From Alphaproteobacteria bacterium (GTDB taxonomy: Bacteria; Pseudomonadota; Alphaproteobacteria; SPJN01): a stretch of DNA of 64,000 bases. The notes beneath the pieces are model-generated. The model worked only from the letters and a program-made list of their open reading frames with translations, ran no database searches and was not told the DNA's origin. The number at the start of each line of letters is the position of its first letter. Position 1 is the first letter of the stretch. Of this stretch, positions 1 to 10,335 are shown in pieces. A program made the position numbers and the translations under genes. The stretch spans positions 130,178 through 194,177 of the forward strand of contig CBDDKB010000002.1 of the NCBI GenBank assembly GCA_965229935.1, read 5' to 3'.

Positions 1-316
1 GGAAGGGAAGGCGAAGGAGTATATCTCAGCCTATTTGAAATGCGCCTTTGCGGACAAGGTTGACATCACCTCAGACAAGGGCCTTGCCGAAGTGTGCCGC
101 CGCGCTGGTCTGGACTGGGAGGGGGCAAAAGCCTTTAAGGACAAGCCCGGCTATATGGATGAGCTTGAGGCCAATGTGGCTGATATGTTGAACTTTGGCC
201 TGTGGGGCGTGCCGTCCTATCGCGTTTTGGGTGGTGCGGATGACCAACCGTGGAGCACATGGGGGCAGGATCGGTTATGGCGGGTTGGACAGGAAGTGTT
301 GCGCCGCGCAAAATGA
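1..316 (+). CDS. DsbA-like thioredoxin-fold protein (2-hydroxychromene-2-carboxylate isomerase family); 5' end lies outside the window
   Basis: ORF 35..316 is open to the window start. C-terminal GLWGVPSY motif is typical of the DSBA-like HCCA isomerase family. Confidence 0.5.
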   Translation, partial: EGKAKEYISAYLKCAFADKVDITSDKGLAEVCRRAGLDWEGAKAFKDKPGYMDELEANVADMLNFGLWGVPSYRVLGGADDQPWSTWGQDRLWRVGQEVLRRAK

Positions 317-359
317 ACTGACGAAAATAGATAATCGCAAAATTGAACAGGGATTTGAG

Positions 360-1355
360 ATGACCAAGCAATACAGAATTTTCGGGGCAGAGATGTCGCC
401 CTATTCCATCAAGGTACGGTCCTATTTCCGCTATAAGCAAATCCCCCATCAATGGATTGTGCGCAATGCCGCATCTGAAGAAGAGTATAAAAAATATGCG
501 CGTCTTCCGATTGTGCCTGCCGTTGCAACGCCGGATGATCAGGGCTTGCAGGATTCAACGCCGATTATGGTTGCGGTGGACGAGGCACATCCCACCCCCT
601 CAACCCATCCTGATGATCCGTTGCTGGCCTTCCTGTCGGTGATGATTGAAGAATTCGGTGACGAATGGGGCAATAAGCTGATGTTCCATCACCGCTGGTG
701 GGATGATACGGACATCAACGCAACAGCACGTGTATTGGCGCGCAATATGATGCCGGATGCGGATGCGGAAACCATCGCCAATATTCAGGCCATGATCGCG
801 GAACGTATGTCAGGCCGCCGCCACTTTGTCGGGTCAAGCGAAGACACCGCGCCCCTGATCGCAAAATATTATGATCAGCTTTTGACGGTGCTTGAAGACC
901 ATTTGCAGGATCGATCCTATCTGATGGGGGAACGCCCCTGCTTTGGTGATTTTGGCCTGTTTGCACAGCTTTACGAAGCCTATCTTGACCCGACAGCGGG
1001 CGGCATCATTCGTGCCCGTGCGCCCCATGTGATGGACTGGTGCCTGCGCATGATCGACCCGGCAGCAAAGGGTGAGTTTGAAGATTGGGCGAGCCTGAGC
1101 CACACGTTAGAGCCGTTGGTTGAGATTATCGGCAGCCACTTCCTGCCATGGTCTGTTGCGAATGCAGCAGCGCTTGCGGCGGGGGATGACAGCTTTACCG
1201 TTAATCTGGCGGGTGATGACTACACCCAGCCGCCGCAAAAATATCACGCCAAAAGCCTGAATGTTTTGCGGGACAACTACGCCGCCGTCACAGAAAAAGA
1301 CAAGATCGATCCTGTGCTTGAGCGGACGGGTTGTCTGCAATATCTGGCTGGCTAA
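360..1355 (+). CDS. Glutathione S-transferase-like protein (thioredoxin-like N-domain plus helical C-domain)
   Basis: In-frame ATG at 360 within track ORF 195..1355 (start MTKQYRIFGAEMSPYS). Paralogous to the convergent ORF 1363..2460: shared blocks DEWGNKL/DEYLWRP, PCFGDFGLFAQLYEAYLDP/PTEADFGLFAPFFRHFYYDP, RAPHVMDWCLRM/RAPHLAGWCARM. Confidence 0.5.
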   Translation: MTKQYRIFGAEMSPYSIKVRSYFRYKQIPHQWIVRNAASEEEYKKYARLPIVPAVATPDDQGLQDSTPIMVAVDEAHPTPSTHPDDPLLAFLSVMIEEFGDEWGNKLMFHHRWWDDTDINATARVLARNMMPDADAETIANIQAMIAERMSGRRHFVGSSEDTAPLIAKYYDQLLTVLEDHLQDRSYLMGERPCFGDFGLFAQLYEAYLDPTAGGIIRARAPHVMDWCLRMIDPAAKGEFEDWASLSHTLEPLVEIIGSHFLPWSVANAAALAAGDDSFTVNLAGDDYTQPPQKYHAKSLNVLRDNYAAVTEKDKIDPVLERTGCLQYLAG

Positions 1356-1362
1356 TTTTTAT

Positions 1363-2460
1363 TTAGCGCATCCATGAATCAAGCCGGGGCAGTTTTTTGT
1401 CCGGCATGATCGGCAATTTTTTGGGCGCCACTGTGGGGGCGCAAGGCAAAGGCGCGCGCAATTGATCAGCCGTGCCGCTGCCGACAAGAGCGGTGACCTT
1501 AGCCTGATCGTCAGCAGATAATTGCGCGAACTCATCCTTGATTTCGCTATAGCACCACAGGCGGAACGGCTTGGTGAATTCCGCCCAGTCTGTTCCAGCA
1601 GTGTGATGGCAGGTTTTCTTGTCGCCTGATGCAACGGCCTGTGCGTTGGCGATCATATAGGGGAAGTAGTCCCGATTGATCATATCAAGCAGCGGCCCAA
1701 GATCGTCGGGCACGTCCTCGATCAAGGGACGGTCGGCAAACTGGTCGGGCGTGTTGGCCCACATGCGGGCGCACCATCCGGCAAGGTGGGGCGCACGGGT
1801 CTGCAAGATAGGTGCGGGCAGGGGATCATAATAAAAATGCCTGAAGAAGGGCGCGAACAGGCCAAAGTCAGCCTCCGTCGGGCGGTCACCCATAATAAAG
1901 GGACGCTTTGCAAATAGCGGGTCGAGTATGTCGAGCAGATCGAGAAAGAGTTGATCTGTCGCCGCCCGTTGTGCCTTGGTACGCACGCCATCGCCCCACA
2001 CATAAACACCATATTGGCGGGCAGTGATCAGCTTGATTTTCAGCCAACGCGGCAAAGATATATTCGGCAAGAATTGATCCACAATACGCCCAGACGACAC
2101 TTGCCTACATTCAGGCTTGATCCAGCGGAAATACATGGCGGGTCGCCACAAATATTCATCAGCCCAATCTTCGATTAGTCGCGCGATGAAACGGGCATGG
2201 GGTGTGGCAGGGGACAGGCTGGGGCCTGTGTGGTTATCTTCCAGCCAGCGGTGGATCAGGGTTGTGTCTGAATAGATTTTGCCATCCGCTGCTTCAACCG
2301 TGGGCATTTGCATGATGCCGGTCAGCGCTGACAGGCGTCGTTGATGCGCAATTGTTGTGCTGACAAGCTGATAATCAACGCCCTTGGCGCGCAATAGCCC
2401 TTCAAGCTTGCCCGTGAAAAGTGAACATTCAATACCCCAAACGGTCCATGGTTCAGACAT
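1363..2460 (-). CDS. Glutathione S-transferase-like protein, paralog of 360..1355
   Basis: 365-aa ORF. N-terminal WTVWGIECSLFTGKLEGLLRAKGVDYQLV resembles a GST N-domain. Conserved blocks shared with the neighbour. Confidence 0.5.
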   Translation of the reverse strand: MSEPWTVWGIECSLFTGKLEGLLRAKGVDYQLVSTTIAHQRRLSALTGIMQMPTVEAADGKIYSDTTLIHRWLEDNHTGPSLSPATPHARFIARLIEDWADEYLWRPAMYFRWIKPECRQVSSGRIVDQFLPNISLPRWLKIKLITARQYGVYVWGDGVRTKAQRAATDQLFLDLLDILDPLFAKRPFIMGDRPTEADFGLFAPFFRHFYYDPLPAPILQTRAPHLAGWCARMWANTPDQFADRPLIEDVPDDLGPLLDMINRDYFPYMIANAQAVASGDKKTCHHTAGTDWAEFTKPFRLWCYSEIKDEFAQLSADDQAKVTALVGSGTADQLRAPLPCAPTVAPKKLPIMPDKKLPRLDSWMR

Positions 2461-2622
2461 GTGGCGCGCCCCTTTTGTTTCCCTGTCGATCTTTTGTTAC
2501 GTGTGTTACTGGCCTTGCAAGATTTGACATAGCACATGCCAAAAAGAAAGAATGCATACTTGTTTATATTTTGAATCATGATTCAATTATACTATAATTC
2601 GACCAACTCAAAGGGGCGATAT

Positions 2623-4821
2623 ATGAAAGTCATTTACGGGCTGGTCGGGCTGTCACTTGCGGCGATTGCGCTGTTTTATGCAGCGCTGGAGTTTGACTAT
2701 ATCGGCGCGCCGCCAAATGCCGGACAGATCAAAGGCGCGGCATTGCCTGCGCATGCCGTAACTACACGCGCGACCGCGCAGGCCGGTGCGCGCAATCAGA
2801 TCCTGTTTGGTGATATGCATGTGCATACAACTTATTCTACCGACGCCTTTATGTTTTCACTGCCCTTGAATAATGGATCAGGCGCGCATCCCATTGGGGC
2901 TGCCTGTGATTATGCGCGCTATTGTTCAGCACTGGATTTCTGGGCGATTACTGACCATGCCTCTGCCCTGACACCACGCAAATGGGATGAAACGCGGGAT
3001 GCAATTCGCGCCTGCGAAGCTTTGGCTGATCCTGACAACCCTGATTTGATTTCATTGACGGGATTTGAGTGGACGCAGGTCGGCGACACGATTGACAATC
3101 ATTATGGCCACAAGAATGTGATCTTTCGCGGTTTGGCAGATGATGAGATTGTTAGAAAGCCGATTGGGGCAGGGGGGCTGTCTGCCCTTGCCATGCGCGA
3201 GCTGATCCCTGAAATGCCTGCCATTGTCGGCATGTTGGAATTCCCGAATTACCAGCACTATCAGGATATGAACGCCTTTTTGCGCGAAGTGCGCGCCATG
3301 CGCCAATGTGATGACAGTGCGCCACGCGAAAGCTGGCCGCGCGATTGTTATGAAGAGGCGAATGATCCGGGCGATCTTGTGCGCCGGTTGGAGGAACAGG
3401 GCTTTCACCCCCTGTTGATACCGCATGGCACCACATGGGGCCTTTATACCCCGGCGGGTACAACGCTTGATAAGCAGTTAAAACCCGCAATGCGTCCTGA
3501 AAGCTTTGCCATGATTGAGGTCATGTCGGGACATGGTAACTCAGAAGAATATCGGCCTTGGCGCGCAGCGACCGTTGCCGCGGATGGTAGCCGCACCTGC
3601 CCCGAACCTGTCGAAGGGTTCTTGCCCCAATGCTGGCAGGCAGGTGAGGTGATCCGTATCAGGTGCGAGGCAGAGCATAATGATGATTGTGACGACCGCG
3701 CCCGTTTTGCCCGCAATGCCTTTTTGGAAATGGGGGCGGCGGGCCTCGCTAGTGTGCCGGGGGCCGATTATCTCGACTGGCTTGATTCTGATCAGTGCCA
3801 GGATTGTTTCCTGCCCAGCTTCTCCTACCGCCCGGGCGGGTCGGTGCAATATGGCTTGGCGTTAACAGATTTTTCAGATCAGACCAAACGGCGCTTCCGC
3901 TGGGCCTTTATTGCCGCGTCAGACACGCATACGGCAAGGCCGGGCACAGGTTACAAGCCTGTTGACCGTCAAAACACGACAGAGGCAAATGGCCCAAGCA
4001 CCGCCATGTGGGCAACATTCATGAATGGGTCGATAGAAAAATCCAGCCATCCTGTATTGGCGACCCAACAGGAACTGATTGATTCCGGCGCAGGGATGAA
4101 CCTTGCTGATTTTGAACGCCAGTCGAGCTTTTTTACGACGGGTGGTTTGGCGGCGGTTCATGTATCTGACCGAAATCGCGATGGTCTGTGGCAGGGGCTT
4201 GATAGCCGCAATGTCTATGGCACATCGGGTCAACGAACTTTGTTATGGTTTGATTTGCAGGGACAGGACGGGTCGTCAATGCCTATGGGAAGCGAAACGG
4301 CACAAACAGATGTACCCCGGTTTAGCGTGCGGGCCGTCGGCTCCTTCAAGCAAAAGCCGGGCTGTCCTGATTATGCGGTGCAAGGGTTGGGACGTGAGCG
4401 ACTTGCAAAACTGTGTGCGAATGAATGCTACAACCCTTCTGACGAACGGCGCAAAATCACCCGCATCGAAGTTGTGCGCATTAGACCCCAAGCGTTCGAG
4501 GGGGAGCCTGTTGAGACTTTGATTGATGACCCGTGGCGCGTTTTACCCTGTAATGATTTAGGCGATGGCTGTGACGTCAGCTTTACGGATGACAGCTTCG
4601 TCACCGCCAAGCGCGATACGGTTTATTATGTGCGCGCGATCGAAGAACCTAGCCTGCAAATCAACGGTGCCAATTTACGGTGCGAGCGTGATGGTGAAGG
4701 CAATTGCATCAAACCCAATCCCTGTTTCGGTGATTATCGGACGGACAGGGAGGACCCTTGCGCGGTGCCCATTGAACATCGCGCATGGTCATCGCCTATC
4801 TTTGTTGACTATGGGAGTTGA
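2623..4821 (+). CDS. DUF3604-like protein with N-terminal TM/signal segment and a PHP-like metal-binding motif (DMHVHTTYSTD)
   Basis: ATG at 2623 preceded by AAAGGGG; hydrophobic N-terminus MKVIYGLVGLSLAAIALF. HxH...D motif near N-terminus. Family assignment from memory only. Confidence 0.45.
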   Translation: MKVIYGLVGLSLAAIALFYAALEFDYIGAPPNAGQIKGAALPAHAVTTRATAQAGARNQILFGDMHVHTTYSTDAFMFSLPLNNGSGAHPIGAACDYARYCSALDFWAITDHASALTPRKWDETRDAIRACEALADPDNPDLISLTGFEWTQVGDTIDNHYGHKNVIFRGLADDEIVRKPIGAGGLSALAMRELIPEMPAIVGMLEFPNYQHYQDMNAFLREVRAMRQCDDSAPRESWPRDCYEEANDPGDLVRRLEEQGFHPLLIPHGTTWGLYTPAGTTLDKQLKPAMRPESFAMIEVMSGHGNSEEYRPWRAATVAADGSRTCPEPVEGFLPQCWQAGEVIRIRCEAEHNDDCDDRARFARNAFLEMGAAGLASVPGADYLDWLDSDQCQDCFLPSFSYRPGGSVQYGLALTDFSDQTKRRFRWAFIAASDTHTARPGTGYKPVDRQNTTEANGPSTAMWATFMNGSIEKSSHPVLATQQELIDSGAGMNLADFERQSSFFTTGGLAAVHVSDRNRDGLWQGLDSRNVYGTSGQRTLLWFDLQGQDGSSMPMGSETAQTDVPRFSVRAVGSFKQKPGCPDYAVQGLGRERLAKLCANECYNPSDERRKITRIEVVRIRPQAFEGEPVETLIDDPWRVLPCNDLGDGCDVSFTDDSFVTAKRDTVYYVRAIEEPSLQINGANLRCERDGEGNCIKPNPCFGDYRTDREDPCAVPIEHRAWSSPIFVDYGS

Positions 4822-5726
4822 GCGCGGGCGTCCTCAAACCATTTAGACGCCAGCTCGTAATAAAGCTCAGCCTGTTGCCAGCGATTGCCTTCCTCGTGGA
4901 ACGATCCATCGGGCTGACGCACCAAGCGTGCATAATTCACATTCAAGGGCGGGTCGAAAAACCTGAATGATGCTGGAAGCAGCTCTGGCGCGAAGGGTAG
5001 ATAGTCGCCCGGCTTTGCTTCGCTTAAAAAACCTTGGAAGCAGCGTGTCCACATTTGGCGGAAGTGATCGATAAACTCAACAGGATCGTCCGGGCGGAAG
5101 TCCACCTGTAATGACCCGGAACTGCCGATACGGCCATGAAAGAAACGTACACGCTCCAGCACAGGCTCCATAAAGGTGAAGGCATGCTTGAAATTAGCAC
5201 TGTTTAGCTCGTGTCCGGTGTACCAATGGGACAGATCGGCGTTAAATCGAAGCTCAGGGAATTTTTCTACCAAATCAACCGTGCGCTTGATGTCTTGTGT
5301 CATGGTTGCCCGGTGGGTTTCGATATAGACCGCGTGATTATGTTTTTCGGACGCACCTAACAGCAATTCTGCAAAGCGGGCCATATCATCATCAGATTCA
5401 AACCCGGTTCCGGCGTGGACAGTTGTGCAGTCAAGATTGCGTGCTTTGTGATCCGCAATTGTTTGATCAATCGGATCATCCAATGTTTTGAAACCGGCCA
5501 TGCCCGTTACCTGAAACCCTGCTGCGGCGGCCACAGCAGGCGTATAGGACTGAATGCCCTGATAGTCATGTGCCTTTAGGAATTCCAGCACAGGGGTTTG
5601 ATTTTTGAAGTTAAGCGCAGGCGCCCCACTGCTTTCTGGCAGGTCCATCATGGTGCCAATATTCATGTCTTTGCGTAAATAGGGGGCAGCCTGGGTGCCG
5701 TCATTCAGGCGATCTGGATAGGTCAT
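4809..5726 (-). CDS. Sugar phosphate isomerase/epimerase (xylose-isomerase-like TIM barrel)
   Basis: Start moved to MTYPDRLND: ATG at 5726 with GGAG 8 nt upstream. TIM-barrel-like composition. Overlaps the DUF3604 gene end by 13 nt, convergent. Confidence 0.55.
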   Translation of the reverse strand: MTYPDRLNDGTQAAPYLRKDMNIGTMMDLPESSGAPALNFKNQTPVLEFLKAHDYQGIQSYTPAVAAAAGFQVTGMAGFKTLDDPIDQTIADHKARNLDCTTVHAGTGFESDDDMARFAELLLGASEKHNHAVYIETHRATMTQDIKRTVDLVEKFPELRFNADLSHWYTGHELNSANFKHAFTFMEPVLERVRFFHGRIGSSGSLQVDFRPDDPVEFIDHFRQMWTRCFQGFLSEAKPGDYLPFAPELLPASFRFFDPPLNVNYARLVRQPDGSFHEEGNRWQQAELYYELASKWFEDARAQLP

Positions 5727-5832
5727 ATTTGTCTCCGCATTGCGTTGAGGAACGGTCCCAGAAATTGATTGATCAGTCAATTTTTTAAATTATGATCGGC
5801 GCTGTTGAAAGAGGCCAGTTTTGGGGGCAGTG

Positions 5833-8244
5833 ATGACCGTTCATCCGCATAATTTCGATAATGAAGCCGCGGCATTGGTCGCCGAAATGACGTTGGAAGA
5901 AAAGGCCGGACTGATGTCTGGCCGCGGCTTTTGGCATTTGAAGGCGATTGAACGATTGGGCCTTGGCAAAATTATGGTCTCAGACGGGCCGCACGGCCTG
6001 CGCAAGCAGGGCAAGGCCGCTGACCATGTTGGCCTTAACAAAAGTATTCCGGCAACATGCTTCCCGACGGCTGTTACCCTTGCGTCGTCGTGGGATCGGG
6101 CCTTGTTGAAAGAGGTAGGCGATGCCATTGGCGAAGAAGCGCAGGCGCAGGATTTAGCGGTTGTGCTTGGTCCCGGTGTCAATATGAAACGCCACCCCCA
6201 TTGTGGCCGCAACTTTGAGTATTTCTCGGAAGACCCGCTGTTGGCGGGGGAGTTGGCCGCTGCTTATATTGATGGCGTACAGGGCCGCGGTGTTGGCACC
6301 AGCATGAAGCATTTTGCAGCCAACAATCAGGAACATGACCGTCTGGTCATCGACACAATCGTAGATGAACGGACCTTGCGTGAAATTTACCTCCCCGCAT
6401 TTGAAATTGCCGTTAAGAAGGCGCAGCCCTGGACCATTATGTGTGCCTATAACAAGGTCAATGGCACCTATTGTTCCGAACATGATTGGTTGTTGACCAG
6501 CGTGCTGCGGGACGAATGGGGCTTCCAAGGTATGATGGTGACAGATTGGGGTGCTGCTAATGAACGTGTTAAGGGCGTTGGGGCAGGGCTAGATCTTGAG
6601 ATGCCAAGCTCCGGCGGGATCAATGATCGCAAGGTCGCCGCGGCGATTGAGGAGGGACGGTTGAGTGTCGATCGTCTTGATCAAGCTGCTAAGCGCGTGA
6701 CATCGCTGATCATGGCGGGACAGGCAGCCAATCAGTCTGATGTGGGGTTTGATGAGGGCGCCCACCACGCCATTGCGCGCAAGGCGGCCAGCCAGTCGGC
6801 GGTGCTTCTTAAAAATGATGATGCCTTGCTGCCCCTGCAGGCCCAGGGTAATTTCGCGGTAATTGGCGCCTTTGCGAAAAGACCGCGTTTCCAAGGCGCT
6901 GGCAGTTCGCAAGTTAATCCGACAAAAATTGATCTGCCGCTTGATGCGATTACCGACATGATTGGTGATGCGGGCACGGTCACCTATGCACCCGGTTACG
7001 ATCGGAAAAATTCTGACTTAGATCAAACACTGATTGACGAGGCTGTTGCCGCTGCGAAAGCGGCTGACACAACAATTTTGTTTGTCGGCTTGCCCAGCAT
7101 TTTTGAAATGGAAGGCGCCGACCGTCAGCATATGACATTGCCAGCACAGCACAATAAATTGGTCGAGGCTGTGCGTGCAGTTACTGATCGTCTGGTCATT
7201 GTGTTGAGCAATGGCAGTCCGGTCGAGTTGCCGTGGGCAGACAATGTGCCCGCTATTCTTGAAATCTATCTTGCCGGACAGGCTGGCGCAGGCGCCACCG
7301 CTGATTTGTTGTTTGGTCACGCAAATCCCGCAGGCCGGCTTGCTGAGACGTTTCCGGTGACGCAATCTGATGTGCCGTCGGACCCTCACTTCCCTGGTGT
7401 ACCAAAACAGGTCGTGTACCGTGAGGGGCTGTATATTGGGTATCGCTATTTCGATAGTTTTGACCGTCCTGTCCAATTCCCGTTTGGGCACGGCCTGTCT
7501 TATACCAGCTTTGAATGGACGGATGCGCAGGTTGCGGTGAATGGCTTTGACGTTACTGTTTCTGTCACTGTTGCCAATATTGGTGACAGGGACGGGGCAG
7601 AAATTGTGCAGGTCTATGTGCGTGATCCTGAATGCAGTACCTATCGGCCTGTACAGGAATTGAAGGGCTTTGAAAAAATTTGGCTGGCTGCAGGCGAATC
7701 GAAACGCATAAATATTTCACTCAGCAAGCGTGCTTTTGCTTTCTGGGATCAAATGCTCGGCGACTGGGTGGTAGAGCCGGGTCGCTTCGACATTATGATT
7801 GGCGCGTCTTCACGGGACGAAAGGGCTGTCCTGTCTGTTGAGATTGAGAATCCCGATTTTGAACCACATGCTTATCACATGCCCGACAACCCTGCTGCGC
7901 TGACAAATGATGATTTCGCCGCGCTGGGGCAACCGGTGCCTGCGCCTATGCCTGTCAGGCCATATCATCGTAACTCTACCATGGCTGATTTGCAGCAAAG
8001 CTTTATGGGGCGGCAGGTGCTGAAGATCGCCTCAAAAAAATTGGGGGGTCTATTTACGAGTGTTGGCGATGAGAATCAGAATGACACGCAAGCGGCGATG
8101 AAACAGGCACTTGCGATGGCGATGCCGCTGCGTGTACTGCTGGCTATGGGCGGCGGCGTTGTCAATGATCAGCAACTTGATGGTTTGGTTGATCTGCTTA
8201 ACCACCGCTATATCGGCGGCATCAGGAAACTTCTTAAAAAATAG
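5833..8244 (+). CDS. bglX: Glycoside hydrolase family 3 beta-glucosidase
   Basis: GH3 N-terminal signature region MTLEEKAGLMSGRGFWHLK...SDGPHGLRKQ; about 800 aa; no signal peptide. Track start 5821 is TTG; ATG at 5833 follows a GGGGG SD. Confidence 0.85.
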   Translation: MTVHPHNFDNEAAALVAEMTLEEKAGLMSGRGFWHLKAIERLGLGKIMVSDGPHGLRKQGKAADHVGLNKSIPATCFPTAVTLASSWDRALLKEVGDAIGEEAQAQDLAVVLGPGVNMKRHPHCGRNFEYFSEDPLLAGELAAAYIDGVQGRGVGTSMKHFAANNQEHDRLVIDTIVDERTLREIYLPAFEIAVKKAQPWTIMCAYNKVNGTYCSEHDWLLTSVLRDEWGFQGMMVTDWGAANERVKGVGAGLDLEMPSSGGINDRKVAAAIEEGRLSVDRLDQAAKRVTSLIMAGQAANQSDVGFDEGAHHAIARKAASQSAVLLKNDDALLPLQAQGNFAVIGAFAKRPRFQGAGSSQVNPTKIDLPLDAITDMIGDAGTVTYAPGYDRKNSDLDQTLIDEAVAAAKAADTTILFVGLPSIFEMEGADRQHMTLPAQHNKLVEAVRAVTDRLVIVLSNGSPVELPWADNVPAILEIYLAGQAGAGATADLLFGHANPAGRLAETFPVTQSDVPSDPHFPGVPKQVVYREGLYIGYRYFDSFDRPVQFPFGHGLSYTSFEWTDAQVAVNGFDVTVSVTVANIGDRDGAEIVQVYVRDPECSTYRPVQELKGFEKIWLAAGESKRINISLSKRAFAFWDQMLGDWVVEPGRFDIMIGASSRDERAVLSVEIENPDFEPHAYHMPDNPAALTNDDFAALGQPVPAPMPVRPYHRNSTMADLQQSFMGRQVLKIASKKLGGLFTSVGDENQNDTQAAMKQALAMAMPLRVLLAMGGGVVNDQQLDGLVDLLNHRYIGGIRKLLKK

Positions 8245-8254
8245 GCAAAAAGAT

Positions 8255-9859
8255 ATGAGCTATAAGTGGTGGCAGTCAGGAACCGTTTATCAAATCTATC
8301 CCCTGTCCTTTATGGACAGTGATGGGGACGGCAAGGGCGACCTGCAAGGCATTCGATCAAAGCTTGATTACCTGCAGGAGTTGGGCGTCGATGCGATTTG
8401 GAGCTCGCCTATATTTCCTTCGCCCCTGCATGACTTCGGGTATGATGTTGCAGACTATACCGACATTAACCCCTTGTTCGGTGACCTCGCGGCCTTTGAC
8501 GAATTGGTCGCGGATGCCCATGCGCGCGGGATGAAGGTCATTCTTGACCTTGTGCCCAATCATACAAGTATCGACCATGACTGGTTTGTTGAGGCCCGCA
8601 AATCGCGGGATAACCCAAAGCGGGATTGGTATCATTGGCGTGATCCTAAATTTGATGCAGACGGCAACCGCCTTCCGCCCAATAATTGGCAAAGCTTTTT
8701 TGGCGGCGATGCATGGGAATGGGATGAGGCAACGGGACAGTATTATCTGCATCTGTTCGATGTCTCCCAACCTGATCTGAACTGGGACAACCCCGATGTG
8801 CGCACAGCCATCTATGACGCCATGCGATTTTGGTTTGAGCGTGGCGTCGATGGGTTCCGCGTTGATGTGATGTGGCTGCTGATCAAGGATCGTGACTATC
8901 GGGACGAGCCTGAGAATGAACATTGGAAACCGGGCATTCATTCCTTTGCCAAGCACCATCATATCTACACACAAGACCAACCTGATGTGCAACAGATCGT
9001 GCGCGAAATGCGGTCTGTGTCTGACGAGTATCAGGACCGTGTGATCATTGGCGAAATCTATCTGCCGAACGATCGCTTGATGCGCTATTATGGGGAGTTT
9101 CCTGACAAGGCGCTGGATGGCGCGCATCTGCCCTTCAATTTCTGCCTGATCACCAATAATTTTGATGCTGAAACCGTCGCGATGTTGGTCAATCAATATG
9201 AACAGGACTTGCCGTCAGGCGCGTGGCCCAATTGGGTATTGGGCAATCATGACCGTCCGCGTATCGCGTCAAAGGCGGGGCCTGAACGGGCCGCGCTTGC
9301 CATGATGTTGTTGCTGACCTTGCGAGGCACACCGACCATTTATTATGGCGAGGAAATCGGGCTCGAAAATGTTGAACTGCCCGATGAATTTGTGAATGAC
9401 CCCGCCGCAACAGATGGGAATTTGCGCAATCCGGGCCGCGATCCTGAACGGACGCCAATGCAATGGGATGATAGTGACCATGCAGGCTTTACTATGGGCT
9501 CTCCCTGGTTGCCGGTCGGGCCGGATTATGACGTGCGGAATGTCAAAGTGCAGGCTGCCGATCCGGTGTCTCAACTATCATTGACCAAGGCTTTGTTGGC
9601 GCTGCGCCGCGCTGAACCTGCGCTTCATGTTGGTGACTATCAGTATGTCAGCTCTGACAAACAGTGCTTTGTCTATGAACGTCAGGACGGCGCGGCCCGT
9701 TTTGTCATCGCGCTTAATTTTGATGGCGAGGCGGCTGAGGTTCGGTTGCCCGGCGCTGGTGACATTGTGATGTCAACGCTGGACCCACAAAAAAGGGCCA
9801 GCACGGGGGACATGCTGGCCCTTGCGCCCTATGAGGGCATGATTGTGCGCCTTGATTAA
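8255..9859 (+). CDS. aglA: GH13 alpha-glucosidase / oligo-1,6-glucosidase family
   Basis: Start MSYKWWQSGTVYQIYPLSFMDSDGDGKGDLQGI matches the canonical GH13 N-terminus. DLVPNHTS, GFRVDV and GEIY motifs present. Begins 10 nt after the GH3 stop, so probably one operon. Confidence 0.85.
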   Translation: MSYKWWQSGTVYQIYPLSFMDSDGDGKGDLQGIRSKLDYLQELGVDAIWSSPIFPSPLHDFGYDVADYTDINPLFGDLAAFDELVADAHARGMKVILDLVPNHTSIDHDWFVEARKSRDNPKRDWYHWRDPKFDADGNRLPPNNWQSFFGGDAWEWDEATGQYYLHLFDVSQPDLNWDNPDVRTAIYDAMRFWFERGVDGFRVDVMWLLIKDRDYRDEPENEHWKPGIHSFAKHHHIYTQDQPDVQQIVREMRSVSDEYQDRVIIGEIYLPNDRLMRYYGEFPDKALDGAHLPFNFCLITNNFDAETVAMLVNQYEQDLPSGAWPNWVLGNHDRPRIASKAGPERAALAMMLLLTLRGTPTIYYGEEIGLENVELPDEFVNDPAATDGNLRNPGRDPERTPMQWDDSDHAGFTMGSPWLPVGPDYDVRNVKVQAADPVSQLSLTKALLALRRAEPALHVGDYQYVSSDKQCFVYERQDGAARFVIALNFDGEAAEVRLPGAGDIVMSTLDPQKRASTGDMLALAPYEGMIVRLD

Positions 9860-9880
9860 GGCGCGCCTAGATCCTTGTGA

Positions 9881-10168
9881 TTAGGGGTGTAGCAGATAGA
9901 CTGGACGGGGCATCTGCGCGGGATAGGCCGATTTGGTGCGGGGTTGGAATTTCAGCCCTGCGCTTGCCTTGGCAAACATATAAAGTGACGGCACCGCGAT
10001 AAGGCCCAGCATAATCGGCAGATTATAGGCTGCGATCAGTGCAAAAATCAGCGTGTTGCACAGCATGATGCACAGAAAAACAATGGCTGCGATCACGGCA
10101 TGTTTGCGGTGGGTGTTTGCTGCTGCAAATACGGCTTCTTTTGTTAGTGCGTTATCTTGATATGTCAT
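9881..10168 (-). CDS. Small hypothetical membrane protein (2 TM)
   Basis: 95-aa ORF with two hydrophobic stretches. No recognised family. Confidence 0.3.
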   Translation of the reverse strand: MTYQDNALTKEAVFAAANTHRKHAVIAAIVFLCIMLCNTLIFALIAAYNLPIMLGLIAVPSLYMFAKASAGLKFQPRTKSAYPAQMPRPVYLLHP

Positions 10169-10335
10169 CAGTCCAATCCCCTTTGGCCTGTCTTGTTGCG
10201 GTCTGTTGTCTTGCCCCTAATTTAGGGGCGCACAACCTTAGGGGCAATGTAACGGTCGACACACAATTGGGGAGGTTCCGCCATTTTTGTGTGATGGACG
10301 CCACAGAAAACCGGCTTTAATGAAATGGTTTTTCT

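Noticed and set aside
8357-9196. 279-aa minus-strand ORF inside the GH13 gene, and 33197..33721 inside M48, 41542..42174 inside MATE
   Set aside because: Antisense to confidently identified genes, with no independent support.
10205-10240. Near-palindrome cccctaatttagggg as a terminator
   Set aside because: No flanking U-run on either strand. It may be a protein-binding site or nothing.
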